Shown here in pieces: positions 40,101-52,700 of a DNA stretch of 64,000 bases. The notes beneath the pieces are model-generated. The model searched no databases. It saw only the letters and a program-made list of their open reading frames with translations, and had not been told where the DNA came from. The translations under genes and the position numbers were made by a program. The stretch is from Tubiluchus corallicola (Eukaryota; Animalia; Priapulida): NCBI GenBank assembly GCA_030141605.1, contig JAQGDQ010000254.1:260213-324212 (forward strand). The letters run 5' to 3'. Numbering within the stretch: position 1 is the stretch's first letter; every line of letters starts with the position of its first letter.

Positions 40101-43100
40101 TGAGAAATTTTTTAGGAAGGGCTACAAAGTGAAAAATTAAGCGAACTCAGTGTCCAAAATAATTTATGAAGGAAAACATAAAGTAATATTTAAGCCTATT
40201 TAAACTTTTATGACAGTTTAGAATAAGATAGATATGCATAGTGCTGCATTGGAAATCTACTTTATAAAGCAGTTGTGCTACTATTTCACACTAGAAAACG
40301 AGCAAAATAGCCTGCCCGACCAATAAGTCCACCACTTAGACAACCAGTAAGTCCACCAGGTTAAAGAAGCAGAAGCCTTAAACTATTTATGAAAAAAAAC
40401 TATTATATTTCATGGAACATCATTGTGCAACTTTTTCACTAAACCGGCACACACGGAACTCAACAAAAAGGACTTTTCACAGACTGTTTACGATCACCAG
40501 CTGCAGTACTTTGCAGGTGTATGCAAAGATTCAAAAACCACTGTTAAATTATACTATTGCCTAAACACTCAAATGATTTCCATCTGATAAATTCTGTCAA
40601 ATTTCAGTGCGATTCTTACTGCAGCTTACAATTTTAACATATAGTTGTTATAAAAAAAAGAAAATGGCTGCAGCTGAATTTCATTTAGTGCAATACCTTT
40701 AAGCTCTTCGAGTATTCATCATGGTTGTATATCAGACGTTTAAAATCCGCAATCCACCTTTCAGCCAAACGCAGAGATTCGGTTTCCGTGTCCTTTTTAG
40801 CAAACAGGTGCGATTGTGATTTGCGGAAGATATACCCCATACGTGAGCATGGAATGAATTCAATAGTCCCACCACACACCCAAAGCTACAAAGAAAATCA
40901 ACTTCTTGCACATAAATTAAACGTTTCCCTCAAAGAACATATTTTCTCATTTACTGAAAATATATATGTTCACATACTAAATGAGCTAAGATACCTGTCA
41001 GTTCAGTATAAGCAGGGAATTATTTTTGCTGCTGATCAAAGTTGCAGTCTTGCCACAACCATCTGCATTAAGTACAGTATAAGTCCTCGCTTAACGACTA
41101 CCCATTTAACAATGTTTCCTTTTTACAACCCTGAACTTTGACACCTTTTTCTCACTTAAAGATAAAGGTTTCATTTCTACGACAATTTTTTACTTTCTCA
41201 GAGTCATTTTTTATTTTATCAACAATTTTTTACCTAATTTGAAGCATGAAAGCAGAGTATATACCGTTATTCTATTCTAAAAATGCACTGGAGTTTTTTA
41301 GTAATGTAGAACAATACAATATTATTTACATCTTTGCTTCTTGACTGACCGCTAAATGCTAAAGCTGTTTGTGTCATCGGAGATCTATCTGCAATTAACT
41401 ACACATGTATGTTACAATGACATGTGAACATTTTATCAACTATAGAATTTCATCTAATCATGGGAAAGCAACGAATTATCGTGGTCTCACTGCCAGCTAA
41501 CAGCTTAGCTGAGCAATACCATGGTGATTTGAGTTAAGTGGTAGGCTTCGCTTACAAAGTGCAAGCGCAAAAAACAAGATATGGTGCTTTAAGGCTAAAA
41601 AATCGTCATTAAAAGTGAAAAAAGGTATAAAAAAGCTAGGGTCGTAAAAACGAAATGTTGCAAAGTAGGGTATTGTTAAACGACAACTTACTGTACTTCT
41701 TTCCGGCACACCATTATGAGACTCAGGTGCATTGTGCTACTCAGTCATTTAAGAAATAAGCAAGATTGTAAAACAGTACTAACCCTAAATGATAGCTCGA
41801 GATTGTCATTATCTTCTCCATGAATTTCCTGGAAACGTTTCCGACTGATTGCAAAAACACCTTCTGAATCTGAGGGTGACCTAATAATCACATTAACACA
41901 CGTACACATATTTCATCAACAAGAAACAATGACCTACAAATTAATATAATTTAAGACTTACAACAACACTACAAGAACGGTGAACATTTTATGAAAAGAA
42001 CTGCATAATTAGAAACAGTGAAGCAATATAGAAACAGTCAATCATAAGTAACTATGAAGGGCTGTTTTTGTTTTTGATAGATATACTGATGACAAAGGTA
42101 TCATGTGACTCATTCGAAAATGCACATTTTCTTTGCGTGTTAAAAATATACAGCATTAACTAGATCATTTATCAACAAAACAGCACCTTAAAAGCAGGAA
42201 AAAAATTAATCTGGAAAATCAGAAATAAAATTGTCAGCTGGATGAAAAATTATGAAAAATTTATATGCTACTACTTACCTGCTAGATTAATTAAATCTCA
42301 AATATAAGAATTCTCAGTTTCCATCTAAGACTTTCTCCTTAGAAAATACTTACAGCTTATAGTTTTCTACATGCGCCCTATGAGAATCCTGTTTGTAAAC
42401 TAAATCTGGTCTCCAGGGTAAATGTTCACGCCATGTAAAGTTGTCCAAAGATTCTGGACCATGTTGGCGGTAACCCAGCGTGTTATAATCAATTGCATCA
42501 ATGCAGGGCACAGCAATATCATTTGGTTCGTCCTTTACTCTCTGAAGCAAGGGTTTCAACCTAAAGGAAAATTTGTTTCATTTGCTTATTGAGCCAAATC
42601 TGTCAGTGAAACTTGCTGGCTTTAGCAGAAGAAAAAAACTTGATGTCATTCCACAAGACACAAATTCACTCTGTAGTCTCTGCTCAGTCAGTAACATCAA
42701 GCCAAAAAATAAAAGACTACTAAAATTAATGAAAGTGATATCATCAACAAAAGAAGAGGCGGTGGAATAACTTGATAAGTAAACGGCCAAGGATTATGAT
42801 TCCTAACACAGCCTATATTGCATTGAATCTTACGAATTTCTCTATTGTTATAAATTTCCAGTTATAACAATGAGATTTCTAGGGTATATGATACAAATAA
42901 CAACAAAGTAAACTGGAAACATTAGAAAAAGTACTGTATTTAGATAAATAATGACGCTCAAGATATTATCTTTACTAGCAGAAACGAACTTGAAAATATG
43001 CTTGAGTACAAGCCTTGAGAATCTACTTAACCATGGTTCTTTTTGTTCATTGAACAATTTGCTTGAATAAGTAGCTTAATTTGCTCACCACTGATGTCCA

Positions 43101-45057
43101 GCTTCACAGTGTGATTCTAAAAAAATTAGAACCTCTCCAGTAGCAGCTTCTGCTCCCACGTTGCGTGCTCCCGCAATCCCCCGATGCCATTTTGAATGGA
43201 TTACACGAACATTACGAAAATGGCTTGTCACGTAGTGGTCTAGTTTTTCATGCAGTTCCTCTGAAATCAGTCAGAGAACATTCATCTCTGTGACTTTTCT
43301 CAAGACTAAGTTTAGGTAATAATAATTCAAGATTTACTATAGTAATCAATTAATAAGTGTCACTGAACATGGCGATGCGATAAACATACAACACAGCGTA
43401 AAACCTGATACAGAAAAATATTTTGTATCTTTCACATCACATATGCCAGAAACAGAACTCAAATGTATTGTGTCTGCCTACTGCATCAGTATTGTTATGC
43501 TTTTAAAGTTACTAATATCAAAAACAAATGTAACCTGTCTTTTTTGTCTAAACATATTTATATTTTATCATAACTTTTGGTATATAGTTATACATAACTG
43601 ATTAATAATACCCAGGCTGTAATGAAAAAGAAATGCATGTTACAAAATATGATGCACGACTATTAAGTTCAGTAATGAGTTAAATAAATATTGATCAATG
43701 TAATTTATTTAATGTAACTTGTCCTGTTTGAAGGTATTAAAAAATTCATTGATCGGTTGTACAATAATGAAAATATTGATTAAGATACAGCTATTTGTTT
43801 ACGCAAATAATACTGCATCCAAAATTAAATTCTCCTGGTAAAAGAACAATATGCATCAAATTGAGCGTATTTCCTTGGGATAGTTAGTGAACATAGTTTC
43901 ACAGTAAAAATCTTACACAGATTACTTTCAAACTTAAAAGTGACATTCGAAGATTGCCAGTCACAAGGATAAACGAACCATGTATCATGTTACTGCAAAA
44001 TCTAATGTCTTTGTCTTACATTATTTTATACATCGAACATTTTAAGCCATTCGAAATGTGTTCAGCATTAAAATGAAAAATGAAAACAAGTGCAATTAAA
44101 CCCAACACTAAATGCTCTGATGTCAAAAAACCTGTTGCATATTGCCTACTGTATTTTCCAATAGTTTTAAATTTTCTGTTTATATCATCTGAATTAGTAT
44201 GTTAGTGCTACTATGCTAGCAAGTTAATAATTACATTAAATTAAAAAGAAACAAGTGCTGTGACTGTTACCTTTATCACTTAAATCATCTACTAGCAATA
44301 TCTCTCTTAGCAAATGGGCAGGTGAACGTTTCACAACAGTCCACAGTGTTCTCATTAGTGTAGACCACTCTTCATTATGGAACGGAATTATAACACTAGC
44401 CTTTGGTAGATCGGCATCATACTTTATCTTTGCACATCTAAGGTTATAAAGATAAAAATAAGACGAAACTAGTTCATTTGCTTAGAAACGGTCAATTAAT
44501 AATAATTATATTGGAGGAATTCTTTATTCATGTCTCTAAGACTTTGCACGAAAAAGAATTTTTAATAAAACTGCATCAATTATGCATTAACAAGTTGCTT
44601 TATTAAAACTAAATACAAATATAAATTAAAATCCATTTGACAATTATATCTAAAAAAATAATTAATTGGATTTATGCCATCACTGAACTGAGTTTAATAT
44701 GACTCACCTTGGATCACGATTATCCGGAATAGAACGACTGTAGGAAATTTTCTTGCTGACATAAACATTAAACATCTGTTTCTTGATTAACTTTAATTTA
44801 GGTAATTCCTCATCTCCATGCAAATGCACTGGTTCACCATTTTCACCAGCTCCAGCTGGTGGTCCATCCATTGATTTTAAAACTACAACATGTTCGGTTT
44901 GATTGCCTGCACTTCTGTTGTTAACCATGGGAACATCAATGTGTGACCAGTATTTCATTGCAAAACTGAACAGCACCGCATACATGCAAGCTAGAAGAAT
45001 ACAGGCTCTTCCAACAAGCACCCAATCCTGACTAAACAGTGTGTTTTTTGTAAACAT
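37103..45057 (-). CDS. Gene B: divergent GALNT-like protein, probably catalytically inactive, 10 coding exons, about 560 aa, intact frame
   Basis: Exons (GT-AG, 1683 nt): 44708-45057, 44271-44437, 43089-43260, 42354-42560, 41784-41880, 40697-40885, 39758-39892, 39027-39131, 37478-37615, 37103-37225. Same intron positions and phases as gene A. Contains [31 protein letters not shown] and CSRMGYIFR. Confidence 0.9.
41075..41693. mobile_element. pogo/Tigger-like MITE in gene B intron 5
   Basis: TA-CAGTATAAGTCCTCGCTTAACGA ... TTGTTAAACGACAACTTACTG-TA imperfect TIRs. Confidence 0.7.
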
Positions 45058-45989
45058 ATTTTGCTCTTTCCTTCAACACGTATGGCAGTGGGTAATAAAC
45101 AACTTGTGCTAAATAAAGAAAATACAAGCATCATCTCAAATGAAAGTAAGATCAAACTTTTACTTTAGATGTGGGACATACGGCTCTCTAAAAATATAAA
45201 CTCTACAGTCTGTACTTGATAAGAAATAAAAATACTTAACATACAACATACAATAATATTACAGTGCAAAAGTAATTATTCCTTAGTGCTGACAGGGTGA
45301 TTAAATAACTATGAATTATCGTGGTCAGCCACCCTCTCAGAATTGTTACTAATATAATTAATTAATACGCATGTGTCAAGTAATTAAAAATTATCAGATT
45401 TAGCATTTAAGACGACTGTTGATTGAATTATTATACAAATGTGTTAGTTTCTAATAAAATAATGTTCAATAACGACAAAGAAGAGACAAATGTGACTATC
45501 TTTAAATATTAAGTTAAGCTTTACGTATTTAAAATTAATATTATGATTAGGACCTAGAACTGAAGAAAGTAATAAAAAATTAATTTTTTGCTTATAGCTA
45601 CCAAAAGTGGGTAAACATGTATGCTTAGTCATGCAGAAAAAAGTTGAAAGCAAACGTATCTTAAAATTCTTTAGGATTAGCATTGATGATTACATAAATA
45701 TTACAGATATACAAAAGGAGCACCCTACCTCTGTAATACACATTTGAGCTGTAATACTTACTGAAGGATTAGTGAAGCGATGCAAATTATCTGTATTGTA
45801 TTAATTAGCGCATTGTAATAACTGGATTCAGTGTAAATTGCGCATTAGTATTTAATTAATCTAGTATTTAAATAAATGAAATGTAATATGAACTTAAGTA
45901 GCATCAGTTGAGATTATTAGTGAATTTACACATCATAGAAAACTTATTAAAAATAACAGAGTTAGCTCAAGTGCAAGGAATTCAACTTA

Positions 45990-47050
45990 AATGAAAGTAA
46001 GGAAAATAATAGTTATAAATTACAGTTAGTTTAGCAAAAATTTACACTACTGTTAGCATATCATAGATCTGCAATGATGTATACTGAGATATTAATTTTT
46101 TTCTTTATATTTGCTGATAAGATAATAAATCGATTTGTTTTTATTTCCTTGGGAAATAGAGTTCCAGATGTGGGGTCTTGATATTTAAGAGAGCACTGAA
46201 TTTTGTTTGTGTTGTATCTTAATACCTTAATATACTGGCTATATGACAAAAAAATATATTATAGTCACTTGAATACATCAGGATCTAGAATGGCAATGAT
46301 ATATCTTTTTCTTATGAATGGTGTCTCGTGTTGCCTTTTTATTCCCATGTCTAACATACACTTTACTCTGTCAGGAATCCCACTGCACTTTTGGGTTTGA
46401 TTAGTTTAGATCAGCCAGCTTTCTGGTCCGTAGCCAGCTTTTATGCTTACCATATTGTACTATCAGGATTTTCAGTACTATCTCCTTTGCAGAAGGTGTT
46501 AATCTTATGAAGTAGAGCAATCCTCGGCTGAGCAATCAGCTGAGATGAGAGTAGAGAAGTTCTTAGAACGACGCACATATTATACTGCGTTTTCTTTTCA
46601 GTGAACCCAATGGACAAAAATGAACAACAGAAAGTTGTTCAAAGGGATTTTTCTTGAAGTCTTGAACAATATAATTCTAAAGTCATTTACAACACACTAG
46701 AAGTTTGGGATGTCTATGATTAGTATAAACTGTGAGAAAAGCAGAAACTTGCCAAATAGTGATTGTATTGGAGTGTAAGGTTAGAGGTGAAAAATGGAAA
46801 TCAAACACGGTGTGGCTGCATGCTGAATATATAAGTTTACAGACAGGCAAGGTTTGGTGTTACGCTCATGATAGCAACAGCTGAGGGTGCTAGCACCTGA
46901 AGTAGTCTCTAGATGATTTGGTGGGAACGAGTTTGTTCCATAAACTTAATACTCTGGGGTACAAGGTATTTTTACAATTTTAGAGATGCAGGGCTTTATC
47001 AAGCGTTGTTAAGACAAAGGAGATTGATTCAGATAAATATGCAAGGGCAT
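45990..47050 (-). mobile_element. Heavily decayed LINE 3' fragment(s) upstream of gene B
   Basis: Frameshifted KYQxPHIWNSI-like (about 46150-46190) and RVLSLWNKL (about 46935-46960) peptides typical of CR1/L2 ORF2 C-termini. Edges uncertain. Confidence 0.45.
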
Positions 47051-47857
47051 ATGGCAAGGAAGAAATAATTAATTAGTCACCAAAATGTAACATCGTACCA
47101 TAACTACAGGTGTGAAAGTGATGCACATAAAATAACAGTTTTTTCCCAGTTTAAGACCTCAACGATAACTAAAATAAAGGTGTAAGAACAACAGCAGGAC
47201 AGTTTTTTTTGGTTTGCTCGTTTATGACGTGGACGGTGGATATACAGGAGCCTGTTAGATATATTAGTAAATAGCCATTGTGAGTTACCTGTGTTAGTAA
47301 TGTTAATAAATTTAAAAAACATATATGAACACAATACTTACAACTTAAGGAAATTACCTTAGTCTTCTGCGTAGAACACGTGAGGTCATATAAATTGACT
47401 TAAATGGTTTTTGCCGTTGCCACGGAGGAAAGACACGAAATCTTTTAGAAAGAACGTTATGGCAAATGCAATACACACGCTACTGCGTAAAAATCATTAA
47501 ACTTTAATTGTTGTCAGTGTAACCGTTTATCAGACAATCCCTGACGCAAATTATGCGTTTTAAGTTGCAGTAGCTCGATATGCAATAACATATTCCCGAT
47601 GTCTGGGAAACGCCTCTCAGAAGCACTCCCCTGCGTTATAATAAAATCCTAAAGTAGTAATCTAGGGCGCAGACGTCTCACAATTGACTTTTATAATTGC
47701 TGGGCTACGTAAGATTAGAAAAAGCACATAATAATATGAAGTTGAGAGTACGTAGGTGGTAGGAGACATGATAACACCAGGTAGATAGGTGATACCAGTA
47801 GAATACACTGATGGTTTCCTGCTAATTAATACAGGTTATAGGGCGCGGAGTACGCGA

Positions 47858-48664
47858 CTAGCTGAAGTAGGACACGTTCGCTAAAGCGCATGTGCCAAAT
47901 TTGCGGAAAACCAGTGTCGTACATGGGCAGCCAATGTAGGGCACTGCCAATTTTTGTCGACAATCGAAAATTATGGCATAATAAAACATAAAACAAAATT
48001 CGTTTTAGAAAAAAAGCAACTTTATAATAGTGATGGATAATTCTTGACAATTTACAAATGTATTTTATACAATAATATCATGATTATTATTAGCTATCAT
48101 CATATTAATAAACTAAGTATCTAATGCTTTAAAGATAAAAACTACGTAGAGAGAGAGGGCACGTCGCTCGCTAGCCTATTTACTTAGTAGATAGCTAGCG
48201 AGATAGGCAGTCGAATTTTAACTGCTATTGAGAAAATAAAGTTGAAATGAATTGAATCAGTAGAAAACAATTATTTGACCAACACAGGTAATGAAACGGA
48301 TCGCCTGTCTGTGAAGCGAGCAAAATAAAAATGTTACACCTTAAGCAAATGTTGGAGTCGCCTAAAAAGCAGGCTTATTTCACTTCAAAAAAGATCAGTA
48401 TCGAAGCCAAATTTTATATTGGCCATTCCACTAGCTCAGAATAAGATTCTTTTATTTTATCGATATTTTATGTATAATAAATTATTTAACGTGTACTGAT
48501 GTTTTCAATTATTATTATTATTAAATAAACAAAGGCAACTGATGTTGCCAGTACAGTTAACGACTCAATTCGTGACCTGTCTCTAGTGTCCTACATGGGC
48601 AGCCCATGTACGACGCATCCTACCTGGGCTAGCCTGCGTATGCCAATTGTCTTACTTCAGTTAC
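47858..48664. mobile_element. Foldback/MITE-like element with ~80-90-bp imperfect inverted ends between genes A and B
   Basis: Left CTGAAGTAGGACA...GTCGTACATGGGCAGCCAATGTAGGGCACT matches the reverse complement of right AGTGTCCTACATGGGCAGCCCATGTACGAC...TGTCTTACTTCAG; TSD not resolved. Confidence 0.65.
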
Positions 48665-49700
48665 CAACGCAAGTGATGTGGTTGCTTGTCCCTGGGAGGA
48701 GGAAGGTTAAAATGTACCAAAAGCTACATCTGTTAGAAATAAGATGACATTAGGTAATCCAATTTGATTAAATTTTTATACAAATTAAATGGCATTAACT
48801 GCAAAATAAAATGATTAGTTATACTGTACAGAGAAAGGCATCAAAAGTAGAAACTTTTTCCATCAAAAATAAAAACAAAAACATCTTTGTAATAAATATA
48901 AATTTAATAGTATTAAAAAGGAAACCAAACAAGCATATTAAAAACACATCAAACATAAAACAATCATTTTTTTGTAAAAATTTAACATTAAATTAATAAT
49001 GAAACCAATACGTATGTTAAAAACACCTATTAAACATTGCCAACAATTGAACAATTATCTTAATTAGCTATAACATTTCAATGTTTGAAACACCAATAAT
49101 TAAACTTGCTTCTGAACAACATTTGTACAAATAAGGCACTGTCGTGTTAAATTTTTACACTTCACAATGAACATTATCGCCAACAATAATTACAATGAGA
49201 CTGGGAATAATACTGAAAAATGCTGACGAAATGTGCTTTCTTAGCACATCATTGTTGATTGCTGGCTAAGTTATTCCACCTGCACCTTCATTTTTGTTTT
49301 TTTAATATAATAAGTATATACAGGCTGCACCAGTGGACAGTCTAACTCCATTTATTTTTTATGTTTAGTTCATAAACATTAGCTGCCAAATATTGGCCAA
49401 AAAACGAGATCACGCCTTCCAGCTTATAATAATACCAGCTTACGAGTGACACAAATAACAGAATTTTATCACAAATGAATTTCCAAGTTTGCCTCATGCT
49501 GAAGTATCATAGACAGCCTAGCAACATTCGTGATGTTAAAAGTTTTTTGTGTAAATGTCAACTTTTCCAGACTGCACCCACATTGAAAGTTGATGGGATT
49601 ACAATATCTCACCATAAACTTCGTAATCAAGCCGTGTATGCCTATGTCTGCATCGACAGTTAAGTAGAGCAAACCCCTTCTACTAATAATGAATACTTTA

Positions 49701-52700
49701 TCACAACTGAGCAACATTTAAGATCTTTTTGAATTCTGGTGTAGCATTTTGAACTATCCATTTTTGATCGGGATGGCCTGTGCAGGGAGCTACCACCAAG
49801 TCTCCGGAACCATGAGCATTACTTCCATCGAGGCACTTCTTACTTAGTGTGTGAACAATTGTGCCATTCTAGAGCAAAAAACACAAAAATGACGTTATTC
49901 ATTGCGCGTCATTGTGCACCATAAGAAATGCAATGCCCAGCAATTTTATGATGAAGATTACACTAATAAAATGTCTGTAACTCTAAAAAAATTCAAGTCT
50001 AGATTTCTATGTGCAATATGGCTTATCACACGGGTAATACGGGTTGCACATACATTTAAAAAAAAGAAAGAAGCAATGAAAAAACATTCCGAGGATTCAG
50101 GCAAGTGGCAACACTGGCGTTCATACGAGCAATATTGGTATGTACTCATGTATCTAATAGATGATCATACATTGTTCTCTCACTTATCGTAGGTGTTCAG
50201 TTCCAGGCCCACTCACGAAAAGTGAATTTCCGCAAAGTAGAGTAGCATCTCAAACGGGCACAAGTACTACATTTCGTTTTTGGTGTGTATTCATCCGCCG
50301 AATAAATACATTATTTACTGTAAATGGTCATTTTTTATGATTTATATATTCTTTTAATGTTAGAATTAGTATTTTTAATATATTTTTTATGTATTTTGTG
50401 ATTTTTATGCAAAATTCATCAAATCTATATATTACTGTACAATACGTACTACGCATATACAAAAATACTTTAGACGGAGTACTGCAAAAACCCGCAAAAC
50501 AGCGAAGGAACATTGTATAGTAATTTCAATTTGCATTAGTTTATTATGATTTAACGTTAAATCATTTTTCACCAGCCATTACCCAATATTGTAAATTCAA
50601 TGCTGTATTTACCGAATAAAATGTCCAAGCTTGATTGCCTCGATCACCATGGCAGTCAAACAGCTTAACGGGAGAAGATTCCTCACGTTTTGACACATCA
50701 AAGCAATGTTCCTCCGTACGAATTTCACCAATCTTAGTTATGGCAAACAGCTTAAAAAGTTCAAAATAAAATATGATTACAAATACGAACAAATTAAATA
50801 ATTTTATATCACAGTATAAGGTACTCGCTTATAAGGGACCACCAACACCAGCCCTGATTTTTCGTAACATTTTTCATAGGTAAAAATCTTCGTATATAAG
50901 GTACTAGGATATAAGGGACTTTTGGTTATAAGGGACGATATCTTCAGGTCCCGCACAATAGAAACACAGGTAAATTACCTCGCATATAAGGGACCCTATG
51001 ATCAAAGCGAAATTGATCGATTTTTAACCTCAATTCTTTGCAAATTTGGCCTTCGAACAGCTCGGCTTCCGTGATCACATACATCTCGCATCACTGAAGG
51101 ATCTTCCTACATACTGTTTGCACAGAATGTGTGGCAATAATCCATAAAAATATAGGTAAAAGTACAGGTCTAGATACACCCTCGGTCTGGCTCAACTTCG
51201 GCTATGAGGAACATCGGATATAAGGGACGGTTTTTCCGGTCCCGAGGTGTCCCTTATATCAGAATTTGACTGTATCTTTGTAAGTTTGCTGACCATTATA
51301 GATGCTTGTAAAGTTGTAATATATACCAAGAGTCAGTTCTTGGTATCTTCAACTTTGCTTCAGGAACGACATCAGGAAATTGGAAACTAGTCATTTCTTA
51401 CATTAGTGCTCATATTCTTGCTACAACCCTCATTACAACGCTCCCCCTTTATAATGCCAACTTTACTTAGCGCGCAAATTTTTAGCAAAACAAAATATTT
51501 CTTTTTTCATAGAGAGACATGTATTAATGCAGCTCGTTATAATGCCAAACACGCTATAACTTTTGCAGTCCCAAAGTAGGCAATATAAACAGGTTCGACT
51601 GTACCTCTCTTCTTTGTTTTACAACATGTTTTTTTCTATCATATGCCAGATTCTCTTAAACTTTAAATTACAATCATGTTTAAATACATTACATAAGTAT
51701 TTTAATTTGTAGTAGTGGTTTAGTGTTTATTTTATTTTTCATTTAAGAACATTTATAAAATACATTTTTTTAAAAGAAAATGGCAGCAGGCACATAGCAC
51801 TTATGCTAAGCATATAATACAATATAAAGTAGTTTGCAATATATTTACAATCACAGTTGTAAAACAAATTCATGGGCAGTAAAAATGTTATCATTAAGCA
51901 AGAAAAAATAACTTAAAAACCTAAAACACCAAAAAGAAACTTAAAACGGAGAGACACTGTATACAATAAAGAAAAATAGTTTACATAAAACGATTAAAAT
52001 GGCAGTAGCTTAAAAAGTTGCAACTTATTAGTCTACTGCTGAAAATGACAATATTTGGTGCATTAACCACATCATGATTGAGATCATTCCAGATAGGGAC
52101 TACTCTATTTGTGAAAGAATATTTGTATACACCTAATCTAGAATAATGTCTAAACAATTTGTAACTGTGACCATGTAAATTTTGGGTAGAAGCATAACAA
52201 AAGAAATCATCAAATGACAAATCCACTAATTTATGGAATATTTTATAGACTATCTTATGATCAAAAATTATTCGTCTGATTTTGAGTGATTGTAAATCTA
52301 AAATGCACAACCTGTCCAAATAGTTAAAAGTACCAAGCTGACAATGGGCAAATAATCTGCGTGCAAAATATCACTGAACTCTCTCTATAGCATCAATGCC
52401 CAGCATATGATATGGACCACACTGGCGTACAATATTCAAGTAGTGGCCTAACATAAGCTTTGTATGCAGTAATGAGGACATTTTTGGTCTTTGTGGAGAA
52501 ACAGCGAAAAAGCACGTTTACCACACAAAAGGATTTAGCAATTTGATCTTTAGATTTAGAAAAATTTAAGCTTGACCAAACAGCTATTCTCAAATCTTTA
52601 TAATCATTGTTAGCAGACAAAGTAACTCCATTTAAGATTTACTGTAATTGAGGATTATCACGCCCTAAGTGGAACATAGCGCATTTATAAGCAGCTATAG

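Noticed and set aside
20933-45057. Calling B and C pseudogenes
   Set aside because: No stops or frameshifts, all splice sites intact and all exon length differences are multiples of three.
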